Position numbers and translations under genes: made by a program. A DNA stretch of 64,000 bases from Octopus sinensis (taxonomy: Eukaryota), in contig NC_042998.1 of the NCBI RefSeq assembly GCF_006345805.1, positions 63,302,001 to 63,366,000 on the forward strand. Reading direction: 5' to 3'. The notes under the pieces are model-generated. The model saw only the letters and a list, made by a program, of their open reading frames with translations. It had not been told where the DNA came from and did no database searches. Below are positions 1 through 12,326 of this stretch, piece after piece (the stretch's first letter is position 1; every line of letters starts with the position of its first letter).

Positions 1-338
1 CCATTAGTCAATGACGTCCTGTCGAAGATAGAGAAGGTAGGGTTATAAATGCACGCTTTCTTGTTGTCCGTTAATTTTAGTCGTGTATTTGAATTGACGA
101 TTGACTGCCAGCACCAAAAGTCATTTTTTATTGTCTCTCCGTATATCTGTATATTACCTCTTGTTCCATTCTGTTGGTGAGCGTAAGCTCGAAACAGAAA
201 AGGAATTTCTCTCCTTCCCAAGCGTCAAGCTAATACACATGCTTGTTGTTTATAAACGTGTATATATGTATGTATGTATATATGTATATATATACGTATA
301 TATATACATATATGTATATATATATATATATATATACG

Positions 339-412
<74 letters not shown>

Positions 413-738
413 TATATATATATACATATTATATATATATCTGTTTTTTGTATTGAATACGTATCGCCACCGTGGGCCACTGCATCGAACACTTTGAACA
501 TATACTTCAAACTATATATCAACTATACATGAACTATATATCAACTATACATGAACTCTAAGATGTCTGACTCCGTTGTGTATTATAAATGAATTTCTTG
601 TGTTTGACGGCATGAGCTGTCTCTTTTTATATATAACTTTTTTTGATAAGGTTCATTTCAGGAACTGAAACATGTTATAATGTATATATAAAAATTAAAA
701 ATTGTATAATACAGCAGCATTTTCGAACTTCATTTTTT

Positions 739-787
<49 letters not shown>

Positions 788-1151
788 ATATATATATGCA
801 TACATACATACATATATGTGTGTGTGCAGGCGTATGTGCGTGTGTGTATTTGTACGCAGGGTAGGAAAATTCACGGAGGTGTTTCAATATGCACTTCGCT
901 CCTTAATTTTTAGTTTTTAAATTTCCACCAACACCATAGCAACATACACATAATTCTTAGGAAATAAATGTACCACGGCATCTAAAGGAAATTAATAATT
1001 TCAGACACCTTCATGACGTTTTACCCACTCCATATACTTACATGCATATACTTACATGCATATACTTACATACATACATGCATGCATTCATACATACATA
1101 CATTCATACATACATGCATACATACATGCATACATACATACATACACACAC

Positions 1152-1206
<55 letters not shown>

Positions 1207-1538
1207 TGTAAAAGTTACAGAGAGAGCGAGAGAGTTAGACAGTGATGGAGAGATACGAATATTGTAACACGAATCATTGCAAAGAATGTATATGATCAGT
1301 GTGTTATATGAATCAATACCTAAACCGATTTAATTGATCCTGATTTTCTTGTTAAAGAACCCAATCTTTAAAGTCTGTGTAATGGGGTTCTTAACCCGAT
1401 ATGAGAACCAATAAAATATTTCTAAGGTAAAGTTTTAATATCTGTGTTGCTGTTATGTTTTATATTTATTATTTCATCTGTATCGCTATCGCTTCCTATA
1501 AAGTTGATTCCTGTATAGAAACTCATACACATATACAA

Positions 1539-1598
<60 letters not shown>

Positions 1599-2667
1599 TG
1601 TATGTATGTATGTATGTATATATGTATGTATTTATGTGTGTACGTATGTATGTATATATATATATATATATATATACATACACACGCGTACACGCGCACA
1701 TACATTTGTGTATATATATATATACAAATGTATTTGTATATATTTCTGTATATATATATGTGTGTGTGTATATGCCTGTGTATATATATACTCTTTTACA
1801 CTTACTAGTTATATGTGTTTGTGTGTGGGCGTGCATGTGTGTGCGTATGTATGTGTGTGTGCGGGGGGAGTGTATGTGTGCGGGCGCGTGTGTTTATGTG
1901 TGTTTCAAATCTTTGAAGATAGGATAATTTAATGATATCAATATACTTCATTGATTTCTAACTTGAAGAATATTTGTTAGTAAAGAGATAAATCACTAAA
2001 ATATACTCCTAAAAGGAAGCGCCGTTTCAACATTTTGGCTAACTGTATTATTAGTTTACATAGCATCTTTTGCAGAATCTCAGCTTATCGCTTTTAAATT
2101 TCTTCCTTCTGCTTCATACTGGGATACCAACATAAGTATCTTCACTAATTGGATAACTTCTTGAAATATTGATCTTTGAGCCAGATCACATTATTAAATA
2201 TGCTTGAGAATACGCAAACGGAGAGAATATTTGCTAAATACACGTGAATATTTACTAAACATTACTATGGCTAAGGCTTCCCCGTAATCCGACGCTCTTG
2301 GTCAGCCAGAGTGGCAGTTGTCTAATTTGCAAGCTGGATCGTCGGATGTGGTCAGTATTCGTAAGGGTCGTGGTGAACTCGTTGGTGGGAGCCGTTGCAA
2401 CACATATCAGGTGAATGCCAACGTTGGCACACGTACAACTAAAAACAAATACAGGGGATATTTCTGCTGTGATTAATGTATTTGCGGTAGAATGGGAGTT
2501 TTCTTTGATAATTCTTAAACCTCAAAATACACAAGACATTTGACCCCTATTAATAATAACAAGGTTTATTGTCTGTTAGCTTTTTTTTGTTTTGTGAATA
2601 ATTCGATTTATTTCAAAACTAAGTACTTTAAATTTGATGGATCTGTATGAAGGAAATATAGATTTTA

Positions 2668-2852
2668 TTGTTCTATATTTGAGAGACGAGAAATTATATA
2701 CATTATTTACATTATTTACATTTGACGGATATTTCTCCTCATCTTGTTTGTTGTTAACACAATGTTTCCGCTGATGTACTCTCCAGCCTTTATTAGATGT
2801 CCTACGGGAATTTCGAACCTGGATTCGCATCCCTAAGGTATTTTTCCGATGT
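2668..2852 (-). mobile_element. Probable body and tail of the same SINE, with a degenerate hammerhead motif
   Basis: Reverse complement CTAATAA-A-GGCTG..CAGCG-GAAAC at 2762-2796. Same strand as the head and abuts the other half of the TTA run. Confidence 0.5.
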
Positions 2853-2881
2853 TATTATTATTGTTATTATTATTATTATTA

Positions 2882-4420
2882 CTTTTTTTTTTCTTCTTTC
2901 AAATTTGCTTCCATTTCTTGCCAAGTGTCTTCCCGACTCCTAGGGCAAAGAAACTCATAGTATACATTGGTAGGCCATTAAACCAAACTCAATAGTTCGT
3001 TCATTTTTTTTTTTTTTAAATTTTTTTAAAGTTAAATTAAAATACATGAGCAGCAACAGTTTTCACATCGACAATGCTCTTCTCAATACGTGTGATGTAC
3101 CAGTTAAGACAATCTTTTGCACTTCTCGCAGGGATGGTAAGCCAGGGATCATTCTCATATAATTTTCGGTTCCCTTCTTGATCATTCCTAGTGCTCCTAC
3201 GATCACTGGTATTGTAACCGCCTTGAGATGCCACATTTTCTCAATTTCAATGAGTAGGTCTTTATATTTTCTGAGCTTGTCAAACTCTTTCGTTGAGATA
3301 TTATGATCACAGGGGATGCTCATGTCGATCAATAAGCAAACTTTATTGTTTTGGTCTTTCACAACAATATCTGGTTTATTGGCCTTGATGGTTCGGTCTG
3401 TGTGTACTGGAAAGTCCCACAGAATGGTTACATTTTCTCATTCAGTTACAGCCTCAGGGTGGTGATTATACCACTTGTCGGCGGTTTTGATATTGTAATG
3501 CCGACTTATTAGCCAGTGGAGATATTGGCCAACTCTGTCATGTCTTAATTTATACTCCACTGGTGCTAAGACTTTACATCCAGAGACTAGGTGGTCCACT
3601 GTTTCAATCATGTCGTTGCAGAATCGGCATTTTGGGTCTGCTCCATTTTTCATCACATTGGCCTGGTAGTTCCGGGTTAATAGGCTTTGATCTTGAGCAG
3701 CCAGGATGAAACCTTTGCTCTCTGCTTTTAGCCCTGAGCTCCGTAGCCACTGATGGGTTTGCTTCTGGTCAACATCAGCTTGTTTGCTGCGGGTCACATA
3801 TTTGCCGTGCAGAGGTTTCTCCTCCCACCTATCAGCCAATTGCTCGTGCGCTTTTTTCATTGCCATCATTTTCACCTTCTTTGCAACAATAGTTGCCGTA
3901 CTTCCCTCGGGTTGTTCAGTTTGGGTATCCTGCACGAGATCAATAGCAAATTTTTTGCTTTCCTTTATGATAGAATGAAGCTTCTTTCGTCTCTCGTGAT
4001 TTTCCACGAGCTTTAGCATCCAGTCATTCGATATTTCGAGATATTTGGCCAGTCCAATTGTGGTTGTTTTGTAAGCTAGTTCAAATTGGATCAGGCCTCG
4101 ACCTCCTTGGGCTCTGGGAAGGTAAAGGCGATCTACGTCTGCCTTGGGTGGTGCATCCTATTACAACTCAGCAGCTTGCGTACTTTCCTATCTATATTCT
4201 TTACTTCACTCATATTCCAGTTCAACACATTGTAGCTATAAGTAACAACTGGAACTGCTAAGGAATTTATAGCTAACACCTTGTTACGTGCATTTAGTTC
4301 AGATTTCAGGACTGCACGAACTCTCCTATAACATTCCTTCCTGATCTTCTCTTTCATACTTGCATGCTGAATACCAGAGCCTTCATTTATCCCTAAATAT
4401 TTGTATGTTTGTTCTTGCTT
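2882..4420 (-). mobile_element. R4/Dong-type RLE LINE, family A copy 1, 5'-truncated
   Basis: YKYLG (RT end), AAQDQ, CRFC..ETVDHLVSGC (CCHC), KPDIVV..LIDMSIP..KY.DL (RLE). 3' UTR ends on (AAT)n; TTA runs on both sides. Confidence 0.92.
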
Positions 4421-4426
4421 AAGCAA

Positions 4427-4469
<43 letters not shown>

Positions 4470-4470
<1 letters not shown>

Positions 4471-4548
4471 CGGTCACTGCTTGGAACCGAACTCGGAATC
4501 TTGGGGTTAGTAGCCTGCGCTTTTATCCACTACACCATATGCCCGTGG
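4470..4548 (-). mobile_element. tRNA-derived SINE head
   Basis: Reverse complement GGGCATATGGTGTAGTGG (A box)...CTACTAA loop...GAGTTCGGTTCC (B-box-like), followed by (AAT)n. Confidence 0.75.
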
Positions 4549-6508
4549 ACCCACGTAAATGGTAAATAATGTAAATAATATAGATATTATCATTTAAATG
4601 CTAGGTATTTTATCCATCACGAAAATATTAAAAACAAAGCCCCGTAGGTATTAATCTCAGACATAGAAAGTTATGAAACTAAATGTCACCAAGTAATTTA
4701 TTGATAACCTACAGATTGTATAAAGAAATATGTCTCATATTTTACTTAGAAATGTTACCAAATCCAAAATATAAGAGTGAATGATTAGAAACTCGTTAGA
4801 AGTGAAGATACAACAATCAAATAACAAGACATCATTTATTGTTTGCTACCACAGACAATTGTTCTGCAGTAATTTTCATAACAAAAGAAGCAAATAAAAT
4901 GTCATTGATTAAAACTCATCATTATACTTTATGGTACACTGTGAAACACTCTAATTTTGCACTGCATCTCTTCTTTTACCGTCTCACACCAGCGACATTC
5001 TCAAGACTTACAGTAGTCTGGACTTCTACAGATGACGACTCATAAATAAGGAACGAGTTGTTTTACAATGAAGAGAAATGCCGCAGACGTTGTTTTGATA
5101 CATAAACACCAGGTTTCAATTTCAAGAAGAATTGAGCATTCGATTATATAGATGTTTCTAAGTACTTTGCCTGGATTACAAAGTTAACTTCGGTGAGATT
5201 TGGACTAACGACATAGAGAAACATTGTCTCCGACTGTCTAACAATTGTCTCACGCCAAACCATAATATGTGATTCTAACACAGTGACAAGGCATGAAATT
5301 TAAAAGGTAGGGCTTTATTCGATTTAAACTGATCTCATTTTTGACCAGTATTTAGCTTCTCCTTCCGTAAAAGATGAATTTCAAGGATGACTTTTGAGAG
5401 ATGTGAATACAGACTGTTAAAAATGACACATTTTACGGCAAAGCAATTTGTCCGAAGCTCTCACGATTCTGTCATTTCACCTTCCGATCTCATCCTGAAT
5501 ATGAGGAAAAGCCAGCAGTGGATTCGAACAAACCGAATCTAAACTGGCGGTGTTGTCTGTCATTTTTCATCATAAATACTATCTAAATAAATATATATGA
5601 CGATTACAAGTTGATAGACTTTTTTGCGGCAAATACATCATCGTAGAGAAGATTTGAATTCTGCTCTGCAAACTCATCACAATACCAGCTGTCAATTCTA
5701 TTATGCTGTCACTACTTACATTATTCAACTGTATAATCGCATGACGTCAGGCTAGTTATTTAGAGCTAGATAGATTTAATCATGAATGATTAACGTCTTC
5801 ACTAACGGCATTGGGAATCATAACAGTGTACATACTGTCAACGTTGATTCCCTCTGCCGTTAGCCAAGACACTAATCATTCATTGCTAAATCTTTCTAGC
5901 TCGAAATAACTACCCTGACCACATCAAACTTATTCCATTGTTTGAATTATTTGCTATAATCTCAAACACACTTTTCTTTACTTTATACGACGCTTATCAT
6001 AAGAATGCAATTGTCAAGTTTGTAGTTAGAAAATAGTTGTTGCTGCTGTTTAACTTGGGAAAGATTATGAGCAAATGAGTTCCAAACACGACCAACGCAT
6101 CTAATGTTATATCACGTCTCAAACCATGAAATATATTGTATTTTTTTAAGGAGACAGCCTATGATTTCAGAGAGAATCGGTTTTTCTTCTAGCGCTTTGA
6201 ATCACCATGAAGAAGTTCCTGTACTGACTCGTAGTTTACAGAAAATAAAATACTGGATTCTAAACACCCCAGTGTTGTACATTCTATTCCTTTACATAAG
6301 CCAATAAACACATAAGTAATATAACTTTGAATATAGAAGCGCAGGGTATGGATGTCTTGTTTACAAGTTCGCATCGCGAACTCCTGCTTTCACATTCCCC
6401 TCTACAGCATCACACTACAAGCATATGTTTCTGTAGCTTATGAGCTTATGAGTGACTGATGCCTTGTGTCTGAATTTTGTACCTCAGAACTATGCTAAAC
6501 CCGATTCG

Positions 6509-6570
<62 letters not shown>

Positions 6571-6710
6571 GAAAGAAAGTTTGAAAATGCAATTTAAAAG
6601 ATGTTTATTTACTTTACCGGTTTCACTCTTTGGAAAAAAGATTGTCAAAAGTAACATGTAGAAGTTTGGTTGCGTTAATTATTGGTTGTTACAAATTGCT
6701 ACATTACATA

Positions 6711-7047
6711 TATACAGTCTTTGGTAACAGGGACATGTTAAGGACATAAAAAAGTTCAACAAGTTCCTTAAAATATTGGGCACAAAAGATTACGACATAA
6801 TCGTTCTCAAGGACATGCTTAAGATAGTTTCCAGAAGGAATTGATATTGGTGTTGTATCTGTATATTTAAACATGCACAGAATATTGGTTGACACAGAGT
6901 ACTACAATCCATATAAATATACATTCTTTGGTGACAAGATCATGTTGAGAATATAAAAAAGTTTAACAAGCTCATTGAAATAATGGGCACAAAAGATTAC
7001 AACAAATATATTATACATTCTCAAGATAATTTCCAGAAGGAATTAAT
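6711..7047 (+). repeat. Diverged direct repeat, two copies of about 130-136 bp
   Basis: 6711-6846 versus 6918-7047 share TCTTTGGT.ACA.G..CATGTT..GGGCACAAAAGATTAC..TTCCAGAAGGAATT.ATA. Confidence 0.75.
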
Positions 7048-8379
7048 AAAACAGTTAATAAAAAAGTTAATAAAAAAGTTCAGTATACACGTACAGAATA
7101 TTATGAGTTCAAAACGATTTACATTATAATAGTACTGAAGCTAAAACTGACCTGTCAGTTTGTCAAACTGAATGAAGCCGACATATTACCGGTCATACAC
7201 CACAGGCTCATCTTTTCCTGTTTAGTAAAAGAACAAATGAACTGAACATTCTTAATGTTTCTGTAATTTTACCAATTCACAACACGTGCACATTGTGATA
7301 GCGGAACGGGCGATTATGATGTTCTAGGTTCGATACCACTGTGTGACACCTCTACAGCGTCAATTCAACCTAAGCGTTATGGGTGAAATTGAGTAGATGT
7401 CATATGTGTGGAGCGTACCAGATGATTTGTAGCTGTATTTCAGAGGCACCGTTTTGTTTGACTCCGCGTTATACTAATCCCGCTTCAGGATTACGTAAAT
7501 AATGCTCCTGTCAATGGTATGCCGAGTCGTCAAAAAGCTAATTCAGTGAGATAATATAATGGTGGATGCAATGACTGCATACTCACCGTCGCAACCGACG
7601 AAAGAGATTTATTTATAAATACTACATATGAAGATGGGTTCATAAATAAACGAAAACCACGCTGTTCTCTTGTTTTCGTGATTCACTTATTTCTTATTCT
7701 TAAGACACTGATTAAACATCTACGCTCATGTATCTTGTGATTTAATAACCCCCAGTACTGTTATAATGAGATTCAATCCAATATATAAGATAAACAAACA
7801 ATTAAGGGAAACCAATGAATATCAATAAACCAATAAGCTATAAAAAAAGAAACGAAACTAAATTAGAGGTGGCGTAGTATATAACAATGTGAATCCAAAA
7901 TGGAGTTTTTTTTTCTGGATTTGAGAAAAAGCAAAAAATTAAAAATATCCGCACACAATGAATTTATCGAAAAACAAATGCATCTCGCTTGTACTAATAC
8001 TGAATATACATAGTCTTCTTTAACAAACAGACTTCTGTTGTAAATTAGATTTTCAATTTGCAAAATGCAATTCTATTTACATATGTACGTAAAATGATTT
8101 CCACTATGCATTAGTAAGAGTAACGTAATTATTCTGAGGATCAATACATACATACATACATACATACATACATACATACAGACAGACAGACAGACAGACA
8201 GACATACAGAGAGACATACATACATACTACATACATACATACAGACAGACAGACAGACAGACATACAGAGAGACATACATACATACATACATACATACAT
8301 ACATGCATGCATATATATATATATATATGTATATAATATCCACATATGTATAAATATGTATATATACATATGTATAATA

Positions 8380-8417
<38 letters not shown>

Positions 8418-8460
8418 CCACATATGTATAAGTATGTATATATACATATGTATAATATCC

Positions 8461-8504
<44 letters not shown>

Positions 8505-8512
8505 TATATATG

Positions 8513-8546
<34 letters not shown>

Positions 8547-8769
8547 TTATATATATATATTATGTGAAATAGAAAGATGAATAATCTTGTAGTAGATTAA
8601 TCAAAAGTTTAACCGATACCTTAGTAGCAAAAATCACAGCAGTAAACAGCACGGTTGGAGGTACAACCATATGGTGTTGCAACCGTGCGTTGGTGCGGAT
8701 AATTGAAATTAAAACATTATTGGTGAATTGAAGAAATGGAGCTGAACGCAGATTGAACAGAAATCGTTT

Positions 8770-8863
8770 TATTTCATTCTACACGTGTTTCGAAAGGCAC
8801 AAATTACCAAAATCCGATTGAATAATGGGACCATATTGTGTCTTTCTCTTCAGGAAGAAAATA
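8770..8863 (-). ncRNA. Inverted copy of the same hammerhead in the 5' terminal repeat
   Basis: Reverse complement of 12177-12270. Confidence 0.75.
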
Positions 8864-8924
8864 GGAAATCCGTTGGAAAAACAAAAACAGAACAGAGGCG
8901 GAGCAAAAACAAATCGAACTATGC

Positions 8925-10043
8925 TCCCTTAAGGATATTCCTATACCACCAAAGGATGCCTTCCTTAAGGAGTTGGTTTGTAAAACCAACGCATTCATAA
9001 ACCGGATAAGATGGCTCATTTTCTTCCACGAGAACGAAGATCTAAAATCGAACCGGACAACAGCATCGTCCGAATACGGCCGGCTTTTTAAAACATTGGA
9101 TACGCCGCCACCTAACCCAAGACTGAAGAAGTTTGAGGACGACTTGTGGGACATAGTTAGAAAGATTAAGTTCAGGAAGTCACCCAGGAGAAATGCCCAC
9201 CTCAGATACCTAGATAAAATTACCAAGGACATTAATAGAACGGACGGAGTCCTGGTCCAGTCCGACAAGACCAGGAACACATACAAGATGCCCATTAAGC
9301 AGTACCTAGATTTACTCGGTAAAGAGATCAAGAAAAATTATAGAAAAACCAATTGGAGTACCCTGAGGAAGGTAAACTTGGAAATTAAGGAAATAATATT
9401 TAAACACCGAATTCAAATGAGAACTCAGCCGCTTAGCCCTAAGCAACCCAGATTTATAGTGAAGGACCATAAACCGAACTTCCACACCAACCCAGCGCTA
9501 AGACTCATATGCCCTGCTAGATCTGATATCGGGATAATCAGTAAGTACATTTTAGATAAATATATCCCTAGTTTAGTAAACAAGCTGAAGCTCAGCCTCT
9601 GGGCCAACTCCTCGCAGGTAGTGAAGTGGTTCTCTTCCATCCCCAATAAGAACCGTACTAGGTTCATTCAGTTTGATATCGCCAGCTTCTACCCCTCGAT
9701 TAACCCTAGTGTGCTAAATAAGGCCCTCTGGCATGCTCACAACAAGGCTGGCCTCACCAGAGAAGAGATAGATATCATTTTAGTTGCCAGGAAATCGTTT
9801 ATTAAGTTTGATAATAAGTTGTGGATCCGTAAAGATACTCCCAATGAATTTGATGTGCCTATGGGTAGTTCGGATAGTGCGCAGACAGCCGATTTGGTCG
9901 GAATATATATTCTCTACGAATTGTCCGACCAATTCCCGGAGATCGCGGGCGGCCTGTATCGTGACGATTGTCTGTTTTACCTGCAAAACACCACGAACAG
10001 AATAGTGCAGAAAACTAAGAGCAGGTTAGCTAGGTTTTTTTAA
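8925..10043 (+). CDS. PLE reverse transcriptase, N-terminal part (open from about 8925, no native ATG)
   Basis: SLKDIPIP..FLKELVCK..F.NR.RW N-terminal motif; FDIASFYPSI (motif A), VPMGS (motif B), GLYRDD (motif C). Ends at TTT TTT TAA. Confidence 0.9.
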   Translation, partial: SLKDIPIPPKDAFLKELVCKTNAFINRIRWLIFFHENEDLKSNRTTASSEYGRLFKTLDTPPPNPRLKKFEDDLWDIVRKIKFRKSPRRNAHLRYLDKITKDINRTDGVLVQSDKTRNTYKMPIKQYLDLLGKEIKKNYRKTNWSTLRKVNLEIKEIIFKHRIQMRTQPLSPKQPRFIVKDHKPNFHTNPALRLICPARSDIGIISKYILDKYIPSLVNKLKLSLWANSSQVVKWFSSIPNKNRTRFIQFDIASFYPSINPSVLNKALWHAHNKAGLTREEIDIILVARKSFIKFDNKLWIRKDTPNEFDVPMGSSDSAQTADLVGIYILYELSDQFPEIAGGLYRDDCLFYLQNTTNRIVQKTKSRLARFF

Positions 10044-11589
10044 TAGAATGGGCATGAGTATAGTTTTTGATAATGAACTCACCAAGGCTATTTTCCTAGA
10101 CGTTACACTTAACCTTAATAGCGACTCATACTGCCCTTACCATAAGCCTTCCACTAATTTGAAGTATGTCAGTGTCTTCTCAAATCATGCCAAAACCGTA
10201 ACAGACAATTTGGTTAAAAACATCTCTCTAAGATTGTCTGGCTTGTCCGCCAGTGCCGATATTTTTATGCAGAAAGCGGAATTTTATAACGCCGCACTAT
10301 CCAAGGCCGGTTATAGGCAGAAGGTAATTTATATTGATCCGGCCCTTCCGATGCCATCATTCGGTCATCAGGATAGGGCCGTATATAATAACATTAACAT
10401 TTTAAGTAAGGACGGGAGCGCGGCGGATGCCGGGGTAGTCGCTCCCGCATTTAATTTAGCGAACAAGGATAATTATCGGTCCGGGAGGTCTTACACTAAC
10501 CCAAGACCCGTTATTCATCCGAGAATCACCCACCCGAATGCGAGAGCTGGCGTCCCGACCCATCACACTGATAGGAATAAGCATATATGGTTTGTAATCC
10601 CCTTTGGTAAGCAGATTAGAACTAACCTCCCCCTCATGTTTAGACAAGCCATCGCCAATAACTTCCCCAGAAATTCCAAATATTACTCCACGGTTAACTC
10701 GCATAAAGTTAGGATAGCTTTCTCCAACACTAAAAACCTCGCCCAGATAATCGCCTCCCATAATAATAGGCTACTTACTAAGACCCTATCACCTTTTTCC
10801 GGAGGCACAGCCTCTTCCGCTCCCGGTTTAATGCTCAGTAGGAATAATTATAGTAGTAATAATGATATGAGAGCCAGTACAGTGACACATAATCTCAGCT
10901 CCAGCCAGGGAGTACCCACTAGGGGTATAGTTATAAATAGGGGTGTTGTGGTTGACGGTAACAATGGGAGTAGGGTAGAGAGCCCCAATAGCATCCCCAG
11001 CATCATTTCCCGCAATAGCAGCACCACGAGCAGTAGCAATGACAGCACTCTGATAGATAGTGGAGAATCAGGGGTTATTCCTATAGTTAATAGTGACGTA
11101 GTGGAAAATAGAGTAGTAAGCGGCTGCAGGTCTCGGAACGAATATAGTGACAGGAACGCAGTTCTAATTTCAGAAACTAATCCTAGCAGAATAAGATTCA
11201 CGTCGGCGAACTCCAAGATCAAAAACGCCGTCTACCAATGCAAGGTTTACACGGACTCAGATGTCTTCACTTATGTAGGGGCCTCATCCTCAAGATTGTC
11301 TTTGCGTGTCTCCAACCATTACGCAACTTTTCGGGACATGAACAAGCGCCAGACCACGGGACTCAGTAAACTAATATGGCGACTGAAGGATACGAACTTA
11401 AGCTACAGGCTGGAATGGTCAATTTTGTCGGTGGCCCTCCCATTTGATAGGGGCAGAAGGCAGTGCAACCTTTGTGTCTCCGAACTCTTCCATATTTTGT
11501 TTGCCAGAGGCCGGATGGTAAACGGGCTTTTACAGTCGGCTTTTCGATGCCCCCATTGGCGGCGTTACACTTATCTGGCTTTTAAATAG
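10042..11589 (+). CDS. PLE RT thumb, long linker and GIY-YIG endonuclease (continues the RT after a 1-nt frameshift)
   Basis: FLDVTLNL, SNH, WFVIPF, SHN; then VYQCKV..YVG..LRVSNH..LSKLIWRLK..WSIL..CNLCVSE..VN..CPH. Removing one T from the T7 run at 10035-10041 fuses it to the RT frame, giving about 887 aa. Confidence 0.88.
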   Translation, partial: NRMGMSIVFDNELTKAIFLDVTLNLNSDSYCPYHKPSTNLKYVSVFSNHAKTVTDNLVKNISLRLSGLSASADIFMQKAEFYNAALSKAGYRQKVIYIDPALPMPSFGHQDRAVYNNINILSKDGSAADAGVVAPAFNLANKDNYRSGRSYTNPRPVIHPRITHPNARAGVPTHHTDRNKHIWFVIPFGKQIRTNLPLMFRQAIANNFPRNSKYYSTVNSHKVRIAFSNTKNLAQIIASHNNRLLTKTLSPFSGGTASSAPGLMLSRNNYSSNNDMRASTVTHNLSSSQGVPTRGIVINRGVVVDGNNGSRVESPNSIPSIISRNSSTTSSSNDSTLIDSGESGVIPIVNSDVVENRVVSGCRSRNEYSDRNAVLISETNPSRIRFTSANSKIKNAVYQCKVYTDSDVFTYVGASSSRLSLRVSNHYATFRDMNKRQTTGLSKLIWRLKDTNLSYRLEWSILSVALPFDRGRRQCNLCVSELFHILFARGRMVNGLLQSAFRCPHWRRYTYLAFK

Positions 11590-12176
11590 CGTTTATAAAT
11601 AATACCGGCACCCATAGCCCTTGGTAACAAATTCTGAAATAGCCTTTAAGATATCTACGATTAACCACTGCAAGGGGAATTACTCCTGTAAGACAAACGG
11701 GGCTTGGTTTTTTCACAGCGGGGGGTTTCCTTGACAAGGCAGGCTTAGATGAACACACACACACATAAAACATAATATATATATATATTTTTTCTGCCAC
11801 CCAACGGTTCTCACGGCAGTAGCCACTGACAGCCGAACGATCAAACGCACACACGTACACAAAAAATGTTTTCTACCCCTACGCCAACACACACATATAT
11901 AGAACAGTATACACACACACACGTCTCTAAGTAGATTTTTTCTCGCCCCTTATAAAACATCCAATATTCCTTAAATAGTCAGAACTTTATTCTCGGTCAC
12001 AAAGAACATCTACACACCCTCACCCACATGATTGACCGATGCCTGACCCGTTGAATTCTTCAGCCACCGGTTCTCAACATACACTGATAAACAGTTTTGC
12101 CATGGGCTCTTAGGAGCATAGTTCGATTTATTATTGCTCCGCCTCTGTTCTGTTTTTGTTTTTCCAACGGATTTCC

Positions 12177-12270
12177 TATTTTCTTCCTGAAGAGAAAGAC
12201 ACAATATGGTCCCATTATTCAATCGGATTTTGGTAATTTGTGCCTTTCGAAACACGTGTAGAATGAAATA
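12177..12270 (+). ncRNA. Type I hammerhead ribozyme in the PLE 3' terminal repeat
   Basis: CUGAAGA 12187-12193; stem II GAAAG-A-CACAA / UUGUG-C-CUUUC; GAAAC-ACGU-GUA 12249-12260; stem I UAUUUUCUUC / GAAUGAAAUA with one mismatch and one GU pair. Confidence 0.8.
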
Positions 12271-12326
12271 AAACGATTTCTGTTCAATCTGCGTTCAGCT
12301 CCATTTCTTCAATTCACCAATAATGT

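Noticed and set aside
4470-4548. Functional tRNA gene
   Set aside because: Imperfect acceptor and T stems, no oligo-T terminator, and it runs into (AAT)n; it is a SINE head.
8840-8865. Splice acceptor (CTTTCTCTTCAG) that might supply a start to the PLE ORF
   Set aside because: The RT frame has TAG at 8862, downstream of the acceptor; the motif is just the antisense of the hammerhead core.
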